A stretch of DNA of 64,000 nt. Origin: Sphagnum compactum (taxonomy: Eukaryota). The stretch spans positions 10,912,001-10,976,000 of the forward strand of contig OZ234494.1 of the NCBI GenBank assembly GCA_965153455.1, read 5' to 3'. Shown here in pieces: positions 14,015 through 25,520 of this stretch. Under the pieces are notes generated by a model, which made no database searches, was not told where the DNA came from, and was given only the letters and a program-made list of their open reading frames with translations. Positions within the stretch are counted from its first letter, which is position 1. Each line of letters starts with the position of its first letter. Made by a program: the position numbers and the translations under genes.

Positions 14015-15188
14015 ATGTCCCAGAGTCAGGGAACTGAGGCTGACACTTGTGAACCTACACATACTTTCAAAGATGCTATCTTCACTCCCGGCGAAGAGGT
14101 AACAAACATCATTCCCCTTCCCTCCTTGCCTCCCTGTGCGCGCGCCCGTCATGTGGGCTAACCCCAGACAGGGCTTCGTTGAGGTGCAAGACATGCACTC
14201 AAGATCATTCAGACCAATGGAACTTCATGTTCGCAGAATGAATAAACTACGTGTCTATTATATACGACTCTTTTACAGATTGCAGTGCCGAGGTTCCTGT
14301 TTAGCCTTACCTGTTTTCGTGTCCCGAGCACGCATATTGGTGGGGACATGCCTGATTATCGAGCTGAGTGAACTGACCAAAAAAGTACTGCTTCTTATGC
14401 TCAGTTTTTTTGTCAGTAGCCAGAGAATTGTGCAACTTCACTTTCTTGGCAGTGTAAGACGACCATGTTTGCGAGCTCAACATCCTCTTATTTTCCATGG
14501 GGGACTTAGCCAAGAGGTTTGAAAGGAGGAAAAGCATCCTACAATGACCAACATGGCCATATTAGCAACACAAGTGTCGTTTGCTGATTTCTGGGATCAC
14601 CTCAAAGAGTCAATTTTAATTTTTTTCAAGTTGTCAAAGGAAGAGTATATTAGAGTTTCCAGGTGTCTCTCTCACTTTGATACACTGAACCAATTTGCCT
14701 AGAGAACTGTGTCCAGAAGGGATTTTTTCCAGGTAATTTAACATGACTCAGTTGACACAACCCACAACTGATATGTCTACCTTCTTACAGATTGATAGAT
14801 GTCATGGCCCTGTAAAGTGTTTGGCTGTCAAACCCTTCTTCAAAGACCTCTGCCTGTTGGATTTCTGTGATATGGCACAAGGTAGGGTTTAGAGCAAGAC
14901 TACCCTTAAGTATTTTCCTGCTAGAAGGACCAGAGTTTCTCCTTTCCTTTCAGTTTCTCCTGGTTCTTTTGTGTCTGGTTATTCTCCCTGTACCTAATAC
15001 TATGGGAGGTGATTTTGCAGACTGAAGAAGACAGGAGACGAAGACATTTAGCAGAACTTACAGCAGACTCAGATGTAAAAGCTCCAGGAATGTGGCAACG
15101 TTTCAAGGAGGAGATTCAAGCAATTGCTCAGAATATTTATGAAAAAATTTGGAGAACTAAGAAGGATGAGCAAACCTCCTCAGCATGA
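14015..15188 (+). CDS. Small uncharacterised protein, 83 aa; exons 14015-14098 and 15021-15188
   Basis: ATG exon ends GAAGAG|GTAAC (phase 0) and the second exon starts ttttgcag|ACT (phase 0). Product: MSQSQGTEADTCEPTHTFKDAIFTPGEETEEDRRRRHLAELTADSDVKAPGMWQRFKEEIQAIAQNIYEKIWRTKKDEQTSSA*. DVKAP..+RxKEEIxAI resembles a motif I recall from small uncharacterised plant proteins. An extra internal exon near 14172 is not excluded. Confidence 0.6.
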
Positions 15189-16318
15189 ATGATGAGAGTA
15201 TATGACAATGCTGATTTGTAGACTTGTGTTTTTCCAGTTCAGAACTGCTAGACCATATTGTGTTTATAGGCATTTTCATTTACATGCAGGGTGACAATTG
15301 ATATTGTGCAAGCTGTTATAGTGAGTGAAGTAGAGGAAGCTTAAACAACTTTGTTCTTCAAACACAACTCTCAGGTGTACAGTGAGGTGTAATTTGGGTT
15401 TTGAGGAGTCTCTTTACAGTATTCAGTCTGCAAATACCACACAATTCACAAGCTCTATGGTATTGGTTATTAAACCTGATGGTCTGCAGAGCTGTCCTCT
15501 CTACACCAACTGTTCCAAAGGTTATTTTTATGCAAGGGAAATAGTGTTCCCTCATCCCCTCTTTGGGATTTGTCTTAGGGAATCATGACCTTAACTTCAC
15601 TATTGCAGAGCAGCTTCATGTGATACTTTCATTGATCTGATTGCATATCTGAGCTAACCTTGATTCTTTCTTAACCAGGGTGTTCTCATTTTATAGTGAA
15701 GCCTTGTGACACCTTGAAAGGGGTTGCAAAAGTGCAGAAATTGTTCCGTAGTGTTCACAAGGTGAAATAATGTGATACTTTTTACTTGATGCTTTGAGTA
15801 CAGAACACCTGAGGCTGCATCAAGTGTGTGCAGTCCCCCCTTGGGTAGTCACTACACCATGCACAGAACTAAAATGAGACTACCTTATTTTCTTGAGAAG
15901 AGGCAGAGGTATGGTAATCAAGTGGGGAATTTTCTTACTGTTCACTATTGAATGCTCAGATTCCCGTCTGTGAGTTTTCCAAGGACAGACCTTTGCCCCA
16001 TCATACCCAAATTTACCACCTCATGTAAAATTTGTATCTCTAAACAGGCCCTGGACTGGACACAGCTGAACATTGTAAAAGCTACAAATATTGTTAACAA
16101 TCTCACTGCCATTTACCTGCTGAAGCTACTAGAAGACTAAATACCTGACACCTGCAAAGACTAAGAATCTGGAGGACATAATTGTACACCTATACAGAGT
16201 CCAAAGCCTGCAAAACTTAATCACATTTCCCCTACAGCTAACAAGCACAACCATCCTTTTACCTATAAGGATTCTTTGATCTTGAATAGAATTTGTCCTA
16301 GACTTAGTACACAAGGAA

Positions 16319-19300
16319 CTATGAGATGGAATGGCGGCGCCTCCTGCCAAACATTCTGGTTCGGGAAACTGGTGTCTGTGGTGGTTTATCAACACTCATA
16401 TTCTCTTTCGAATCCTTGCGGGCAAATGGGTTCAGTCGGCTGAACTTTTTGGAGACAGATGATATGATGTTGTTTGATTTGATAGGTTTCTCTAGCATGT
16501 CCTGTTTCATGCTAGCATGGTCTTTTTCCAGATCAGTTAGTCGCATGCGCATGCGAGCTATCTCCAGCTTGAGCTCTCGATTTTCTCTTCGTATTGAGGC
16601 ATAGTTATCCTTTGGTGAATGTGCTGCACTCATATTACTGCTACCTATCCTTTGAGAGTAGTGGCCTCCTCCATCTCCACGATCTGCAAAAGCGCCTGCA
16701 GCCATGGCATTTCGCATGCGGAGCTGCTCGAAATAGAGGACTTGGACCACCACTTGGACTGGAAGTCTTTCATTCTGTGCAGCATGCGTGCAAGCCTCTT
16801 GTGACAATTTTTGGCAGTCCATTAATTTGCACAGCTTCTTTCGCTCAGGCTCTGCTAATGCTGGATGTGCCTGAAAAACAGGCCCACTCTTGTGAGACAG
16901 AGAGCAAAATAGGACTATGTTACCAATGCCTGCCCTTCCAGCAATGGCCTTCTGATGCCAATTGAAAAAATGATCACTTGGCTATGTGATTCCCAAAGTC
17001 TGGAGCAACTCCATAATACATTAGGAGAATTAAAAAGGCAGACTTCTCTTGTCAAATGTCAAACAGCAGAAGATGGCAGCTGCCTCTTACAATCCCTGAA
17101 ACTCAACTAAATCTGAATGGTTCCCCTACTGGAGCAAGAAGCTCGGAAGCAAAATGCAGCAGTCAGAGCATGCTGTGGCCATCACCTTAAGGTAGATATC
17201 TATGGCTCTGTATAGTCCGTCATCTACCACCCTTGCATACTCTGGCAAAATCTCCGCAAGGGCAATGAACTTTGTTAGCTTCAGATTTGCATCTGGTGCA
17301 ATTTCAGCAAGGTAGCTGTCCAAAATCTTTGCAACCTTCATAATTGCACTTTGGGAGGGGGAGCCTCCTCCCTCAGAATCATACATGGGATGTGGCACCT
17401 GCCATTGCCAACCAACAGCTCAAATACAGCTCAGCAGAAAAGCAAGATTTGTGAGACAAGACACCTAATCCAGAGCTTGCAGCAAGCAACTTCAAGATCA
17501 CAAGCAACCTGATTTCAGATTGAAGCACTTCAGCACCAGAACTAAAACTGAACAATTCCTATAGTTAGTTGACCATTTAGATTCCAATACTATGAGGTTT
17601 GTGGTGAGGATACCTGGAGATCATCACCCTCATCTTGTTGAAGAAAGTTGACTGCAATACGCTGCACTATATCCACATCAAAAAGGGTGTCGCCAGTGTA
17701 GGAAAAAGAGGGAATTAGCAAATCATCCAATGTTGCCTGCTCCAATTGCATGCCAATCCGTGTCTCAAGGTCAAGACGGCAGGCTACTGTGGTATCCAGT
17801 ATGATAGCTGTCCGAAGCAAAGAGAACAAAAAACTGCAAGGTACTGCATTTTTTTCAGAAGGAAGAAGGCTGACAATTGTTTCCAACAAGATGCGCTGCT
17901 CATGCTCACTACTTGTGGCAGATTCATGGACCTGCAGAACCAGCAATAAGACACAACAAGCATTAAGACACCCCTGGATAGCCCATAAGGCCACAGATGA
18001 TCTTGACTGCCACTTTTATGTGCATCACTCCAACCACTATGATCTCTGCAATCCACTAATTAAAGGTGTTTCAGCAAGAAAGTATCCCAATCATAGTTGC
18101 CAAAAGTAGGATAATGATGCTGGAAATCATCATCCTGGTGACCTATTGCTTTTCACCCAACCATTTCCCCAGTTTGGCCAAACAAACAGAAAAACCATAA
18201 CTTGATCATATTATGTCTCAGAGCTCCAATGGTTGAAGAAGAAGATACTCGGCTCCAAGCAGCATTAACAAACTTCAACTCTCCTACCACAAGTTGCAAA
18301 CTTGTGCAAGTATTACTCTGCAGCAGTAAAGACCCATATCTGCTTCGAGGACTTGTAGGAGCAAAACTGTAAAATCAGTCAAGAACATAAAATCTAGATC
18401 TATGAGAGGAAAACCTAACACTATCCAATCAACATAAGAATCCAACTTTGTCAAATTTGCAATAGGGAACTTTCACAAGTAATGACCTATCATGACCACA
18501 ATTCACCTATCTATAAAGAGCTACATAGATGTTCCCAATTGGGAACAGGAATACCTTCATTTTTGATGGCCTTATTTCACTGCGCACATTTTGTTTCCTC
18601 TTTAGGCCCTTCAATGAACGGTGGGCATAATGCATAAGAGCAGCCCCTATGGTGTCACCCCGCATGCCTTTAGATCTCAAGGCTGCTAACACTCGCTGAT
18701 AGAAGTCAATGCGGAGAACTGAAAGATCTTCCACCCACCAGTCCGCCAAGGAAGCCTTGTATGGGGTGTTAGAGCTAAAGGAGAGTTTGAACTTGTCAGA
18801 TCGGCCAGAGTCACCAAAATCCGAGTGGTTCAAACCATTAGAAATCTGTTCCCTGCAACAGTTAAAGTTGTCAATGAGGCTGAACCACAGCATGAGATAC
18901 AAGTCAATTTGACAAACAATTCACCAACTACATACAACCCAATGGGCAAGGAATGTCCAATGAGAAGCACAATGGTAAGCATGAGCAATAAACAGTGTAA
19001 GTACCAAAATGGAAGGAGAGAGAATATGCATGTGGAAGCAAGTGATGCTCTTTCATATACATTAGCTGAAACCAAGCATCTTGCACAAGCTTACAAACAG
19101 AGAATCCTTGGGTACAGAAGAAAGAAGACAGTTAACAATAAAATATGTTCTATCTATGTCATGTTCTTAGAAACTCCTTGTGGCAAGATGGGCTTCCCAG
19201 ATTACCTGCATGCTTTAGTTGCTGCTGCCTCAATGCACCTGCTCACAATCAGAAGTTCCTCTGCAAGAGGTAGAAGATTCTCACAGTTGTGGAGCACAGC

Positions 19301-21807
19301 AATTGAGTCTGCTAGATTTCGGAATACAACTTCTGAGAGAAAAGCTTCTGTTCTTGAGACCAAGTTGTTCTCTCCAAAGGACTCTGTCATTTCTAAGTAC
19401 TCTGCCGCACACCTCAAGACTGCAACATTGGAGGGAGTAATTTCAAAGTTGATGCCATAGCAAAACTTGGCAGCCAAGTCAAATGCTTCCGCCCCACCTG
19501 GAACGTCTGGGAGTTCCAGTTGGTTTGCTGCTGAGTCTTCTGAGTTTGCTATCAGCTTCCTGATTCGTCCACTTTTGGCTACCAATGGAAACTAGATCAA
19601 ATCCAGATGAGAGAAAAATAGATCAAGGTTAGTCTCCCATCTGCAGCCTGCAGCCAAGTTTGAGATCTGCCACATCTATTTTGTATCTCAGCTCAAGGGC
19701 AGCTCTTCAACTTTGGAGTCAACTTCCCTATGTGGCCAAATTTGCATGAGAAGAAGCATATATGGCAGAAAGCAATCTGATCCCAACAACAGCATTACAG
19801 ACGCACCAATTGAACCCCTCCTGCTCCATAGAAGAGCCAGTTCATATGCATGAGCTGACTTCAGAATGCAAACTAACTGCTGACGGGAGTCATGATTTGA
19901 CAGCAGTGCCCACACAAAAATGAACTCCACAGCAAGGGCATTGTGGTCAAAGTGCCTCTAGCCATGAAGAGGCTTGCAGAAATCAGGGTAAGAGATGAAG
20001 AAAACATTGGAATGGGCTACCTTGTGCAAGGAAAAGCTAAGGCCACCCGCTTCAACCACAAGATCACTTGGCACATCAGTAGTCAGAACCCTGCACAATC
20101 CACCATTCAGGACCCATCAATACCAACCAAAACAAATATCAGATCACAATTCATGCACACATAATCCAACAGCACTTGTGAATATGAGCACTGACCCGAA
20201 CACTTTTCACAAGATAATCAAGAACTCGACCATTTTCTATCATGTTTCTCCTAAACCCCTGAGAACAACAAACCTCTATGTCATCCTCTCCCTCAATTTT
20301 CTTGTCCTTCACAAACCCCAAAGACACTGTACATTACGGTTATACATAATTCAATCTCTCGTTTCCCTCCAATACTAATGCATCTTCAACCTAATTGACA
20401 GGTCCCAAACTGGTACAACTCAGCATGTTTGATGGAGCATTTGAGAGAAGTTACAAGACCATAAAGATTGAAAAACCATGAACATTCTTTTCTAAACTGC
20501 ACCACCTTTGAAAGTTCCACAATGCAGTGGAGCTCATAGATGGAGAGAGACGAACCCCTGAAGGAATGTAAATTGTGAAGTGGTGTTTCTGGGTATATCA
20601 AATCACAATGTACACCATCATATCAGGAGACACTTATCGTTACAGGCGGAAAGCCCTATGCCCATTTTTGTTACATTGTCTTCAAATTTTGCATCAATTC
20701 ATTCAACAGAGCCATCAAGTACTGGTTGCATGATCTTTTAGCTTTGATATATTGAGTGTTGACAGCTAACAGAGATTTCCAGTGGAACAAAAAATGTACT
20801 TAGAGTCAGCTCTACCACTCTATGACAGTGCGCAACTTGAAGGTGATTCTAGATTTTCTGCCTCAAGGGAAAATTCACTAGCAAGTCTAGAGGCAAAAGC
20901 TTGTGAAGAAGAAAGTGACAAATTGGCAGAAATGTAATTGAGACAAACAGAGAATGATGCAGTTGCAATTTGTCCAAATATCCTCACTGATTCCATGTCT
21001 ATTTTCACTAAGGTCGTAGAAATAGTCTGCTGGAGCAACATGAAGAAAACTGAATCCTGAGACCAAGAACCAGTATTCTAAGGTCGAATTCTGCAAAGGG
21101 GGTACGCTTTAAGACTTGGCCTTGACAGATAAACAATTTTGTTTACGGAGTTTCTAGAGCGGCAGAGCTTCTTGCACTCTACTGAGCATCAGGAGTGGCA
21201 AAGCAGATCACATGAAATGCAGGTCAAATGGTAGAATCTCAAATTCCTTGAGCCAATGGTGATCTCGGTTGGAAATTCTGTCCAGAAATCCGGAGCTCGG
21301 TGAAAGCGCCCGTCAGTTCGACACTGCATTCTTTCTTTCATTCTCCATGCCAAGCTACACAGCATGTTGCCGTACGTAAAGAATGAAAAACTTTCGCGAT
21401 TTTCTGTTTGCGGTCATGGCAACAAAACGCAAAAACATTCCCCAGCAACGAATTTCTCCGCAACTGCCAGAAAAACCTCACAAAGCTACCCGGACAATCC
21501 AGATGTCATCGCCATTACTCTGAGAAAGAGAAAGGGAGAGATTCAGAGCTACCCGTTCCAACTATGCTAGAAATCTCACGAAGAAAAACCGAGGTACACC
21601 CCCAAAACAAAAAAACAGAGACGTCACCAGGCATTCAACAGAGATTTGTAGCGTATCTACAATCGTTTTCATTCCAGTCACGACTCACCAATCATTTGTC
21701 CGTTTCCTAGAGAAACTGGAACGCGAGGTTCTCCTGCCGGAGACGATGTCCAGAGAGTGTCGCCTGGCAGGAAGTTGAGGTTTGTCAGACGGTGGCGTCA
21801 CCGCCAT
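16319..21807 (-). CDS. BTB/POZ-NPH3 domain protein (NPH3/RPT2-like, NRL family), about 651 aa; exons 21689-21807, 20021-20090, 19206-19591, 18555-18852, 17614-17931, 17186-17398, 16319-16870
   Basis: Spliced translation: ...[38 protein letters not shown]...[16 protein letters not shown] (BTB), [52 protein letters not shown] (NPH3), a coiled coil and C-terminal RRRRHSIS. All introns are GT-AG and the total is 1956 nt. Confidence 0.93.
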
Positions 21808-21885
21808 GTCTGACCTCCGCTCTAACCAATCCACTGTGGCAGCTATGGTGCCCCGCTTTTGTTTCTCCCCCCACCTTCGTCTTCT

Positions 21886-21966
21886 TCTCCTCCGCCTCCT
21901 CCTCCTCCTCCTCCTCCTCCTCCTCGACCTCCTCCTCGCAGTGAAACGCCCCCTGCTGCTGCTGCT
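21886..21966. repeat. (CCT)n/(CTG)n trinucleotide tract just upstream of the NRL start codon
   Basis: cctcctcctcctcctcctcctcc and ctgctgctgct read directly. These explain the poly-P, poly-E, poly-G and poly-L ORFs in the track. Confidence 0.85.
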
Positions 21967-22237
21967 CCGCTACTAACACTACCGCGGCGCTTGCCACCAG
22001 GACGAATCGCTTCAGTACGCGAGGAGAAGCGCATGGAGAGAAAGTGCAAAACAAAGGTACACCCACAATACCAGTACACACACACGCACAAAGCACGCGA
22101 CTTTGGGCAAAACCCAACGCCAAAAGAGACGCACTTTACTAACTGCGTGCCTGTGTCCGTGGTGAAGAGGAAGAAAGGGGTGAACTCAAAAAGGATTCAT
22201 TCATTTCAGCACAGGGAGAAAGCAAGCAGCAAGCATT

Positions 22238-22705
22238 GCAACTTCTTCCCTTCCTCTTCTTCTTTTTTCTTTAACTCTGCCTGCTCCTCATCTTCTTCCT
22301 CCTCCTCCTCCTCCTCCTTCATTAGGACTTTCTTTCTTTCTAATATAACTATAATTTAGTCAAAGCAGTATTTCAACTTCTTCCTTTCCTCCTCTTCCTT
22401 TCTTTAACTCTGCCTCCTTCTTCATCAGGACTTTCTTTCTTTACTAAATATCACCATAATTTAGTGAAAGCAGTCTGTCAACTTCTTCCTTTCCTCTTCT
22501 TCCTTTCTTTAACTGTTCTTCTTGATCAGGTGTCAGGACTGTCTTCCTTTCTTTCTAATGAGTATGATTTACTATAATTTTACTTAAAGCTGCATTTCAA
22601 CTTCTTCGTTTCCTCTTCTTGGTTTCTTTAGCTCTGTCTTCTTCTTTCATCAGGACTTTCTTTCTTTCTTTCTTTCTTATATACCTATACTTAATTTTGC
22701 TTACT
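22238..22705. repeat. Pyrimidine-rich tandem repeat, about 110-135-bp unit, 4 copies
   Basis: The unit caacttcttc..ttcctcttc...tctttaactctg...catcaggactttctttct...ctataatttt...aaagc recurs at about 22239, 22374, 22479 and 22598. Confidence 0.8.
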
Positions 22706-24917
22706 ATTCTGAAGCCAAATTTTTTTTGGCTGCTGATGTGAACGAAAAGAATGAAAGCATTGGCGATGAATACATTGGCATTGAATAATCTCTGCAATTG
22801 GCATCTTTCTGGGGTTTTGGGTGGGGAAGGATCAAGTCCAAACTCGAAACAACAAGCGGAAAAGAGTGGGGAAAGGGGGAGGGGGCGGAAAAAAAAAAAA
22901 AAAAACTCCCCTTTTCCGACACCCCTTTTCTTCCTCCATTTTTGGGCGGCGGGGGCCTATATTTCAATAACTACTACTATAACTTCGAACTAGTTACCAA
23001 CTTCCATTTCTGTTTCTGACAAGAAAGGAGCCCAAAAAACTATAACTCTAGAGCCATTAAATCAGCGATAGTGGGTGAAGCGGCACTACGGCTTTTATGG
23101 TGGAACTGCTAAATCTAGCGGTATTGTTAGTTGACGCTATCATTCAAGTCCTGTGATTTATTAATCTCCAAACGAGAGGAGTGGGGCTGCTAGCTGTGAG
23201 CTGCTGCTAAATACCGCATCCTTCAGGATCGCAGCTAGGGGCGCAGGAGATAAAGGACTAAAGATGGAGGGATGGCAGCCATGGTGAAAAAGGAAACGAA
23301 GAATAAAGGCTGAAAAAGTAAGATAAGACCCAGTTGGCGACTTGAGCTAAATTTTTAACTTCCTTGATTACTGGGAACTGCTGTGGAGGTTGCAGCAGCA
23401 GTGCACTGGAAACTGTGTGGCAGGAAAAAGCTCACATGGACCCCCTCTGTGTATGCCTTCTTTGTAGAAAAACCCACTTCCCAAAGAGGAGGCCAACCGA
23501 AGAGGAGGCTGCTGTCTGTTGCCAAAGTCCTTTCTCATGCAAAGGTTTTTGTACTTCTTGTTACGTGCGTGCCCACCTCATGACCCTCTCCACCTGCACT
23601 AACCCGCTTCCTTGTAGAACTGACAATTGACTAAATTAATCTACACACCTTCAAGACTTGATATATCCAACAAGTGCCTAAGTTACTCGGACGATGAGCT
23701 CGTGACCATCTTTGTCTACAAGTATCACCAATGTGCATCAGTCCCTTCACATTCTGTACTGTAGGGTTTATGGGTTTTTATGGATTCTGCATCGTACAGT
23801 TTACCTTCATTTCTCTGGCTTGGGTGGGGTCGGAGATTCAGTATAGTACTGCTGTTGGCAGCTACTTGCAGCCACGACCTTGGATTGTACCACATCTCAA
23901 ATACTCCAAACATGTCTTTACTGACCTGGGTTTCAGTGTGCAAAAAGAAACATTACCCAGATGTAAATTATGTCAGAATCTTGTGAGAGAGCAAAAGATG
24001 CAAGACTGCAGAAGTAGTACCTGACGTTCATAGGGCAATGTTTAACTAAATGGGTTTGAAGTTTGAACCGTTTTGGCCATGTACACCCTTTGGCTGGCCA
24101 TAACAGCTGGTTCTGGTTAGTAAGAACCAAACCAGAATCAGATCTGATTTTCGGAACCGGAACTTAGTCTCTGGAAAAGGAAGGAACTTAATCTCTGGAA
24201 AAGAAACTTAGTGGCTAGAAATATAATCTCTTTCTCAAAGATTTTATTTGTTACAGTGCTTATTATTTTGCCCTATACTTTACCTACTCCTGACGTGATA
24301 ATTGACGTTCGTGATTGTCTTTTCTATTGTTGTAACTAAGAAAAAGGCTTCAGATTTTTCTTTGTGTTGTCTTGTGTATATTGCATTTAGGAGCATTCAT
24401 TCTCAATAAGTTTCTTACAGTTACCCAGAAAAAATTGTGTGTCATATCTGTCCTGGAACATTAATTGTACCAATAAAACTATAGCGTGTTGCTTAAAGTT
24501 TTCCAGGTTTTTATAGCATACCCATTTTCTGAATTCTGGAGTGGACACCTGCATGATGATGAAACAAACACTCATCATCCAGTAGTCTCTCCCCATTTTA
24601 GTTTGTAGTTTCTTGTCGCACACAGATGAAAATAAGCAGCTGTGATAAACTTTGCCTAAACCCACAAAAGAATGTGATTTAAGGCTAGATTGGCCAACCA
24701 TTTGTAAAAGTTTGGAAAATCTAGTGCCCCCTTTTTTTTGTCCATGATTCCTGTGACCTATATTCCCATTTTTGGATGCTTGCATGACAACTAGGTAGTT
24801 CCAGGCCAGATCAACAATAGCCAGGTCTTCTCAATATTCCAGTAATGCTCCAGGGCCGCCTAACCTACGTTCCCACACTTGCTTTTGCTTTTCTCCTTTC
24901 GGTTCCGAGAGCTCATG

Positions 24918-25520
24918 ATCCATTCTAGCTTAGACTACAGTGCACAGCACCCAATACCACAACTTTGGTGTAGAATTAGAGTTATCTGTAAAGTACCACA
25001 AACTGGGGCCCAGTGGCCCCAGTTTTGTCGAAACAGGGGATGAAACGAAAAGTGACAATGAAAACAGTACACAAGGGAAAATCAAAAGAAAGGTGACCAG
25101 TAGCCCCAGTTTTGTTGAAACAGGGGAAGAAATGAGAAGTGACAATGAAAACAGTACACAGGGGGGAAAATCAAAAGAAAAGTGACCAAACTACTTTTGT
25201 CACCTAAATTGGTCCTCACAAGTCACAGGAGTTTCATCCCAGTTTTCAATTTGCCCGCGGGTGCTGCTGCTCATATGCTTCATCAAATCAAGCCTTGTCA
25301 GAATATGAACCTGCAAATCTTCTGGACTGATACTCAGCTTCACGAATCGATACCCTGTTTCTCTCATTTGTCCTGCTACACTCACAATTGGGGATGAAAC
25401 AGGGGACAGAGGGCCCAAGTAGGGCCCAAAGATAGGGTGAAATTTAAGGATAAATTTATTATACACCAAAGTTGTGAACTCAGGGTCATGAAAAAGCATC
25501 GAAACAAGACCAATGGAATG
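24918..25520. mobile_element. Foldback/MITE-like element with long imperfect inverted arms and internal direct repeats
   Basis: cacaactttggtgta (about 24958) is the exact reverse complement of tacaccaaagttgtg (about 25461). gggccc/cccagtttt blocks are mirrored. An internal ~85-bp duplication (cccagttttgt.gaaacagggga...gacaatgaaaacagtacaca) is present. Confidence 0.6.

Noticed and set aside
21782..22359. Poly-Pro, poly-Glu and poly-Leu ORFs
   Set aside because: They are translations of the (CCT)n tract in the NRL upstream region. The real exon 1 starts at 21807.
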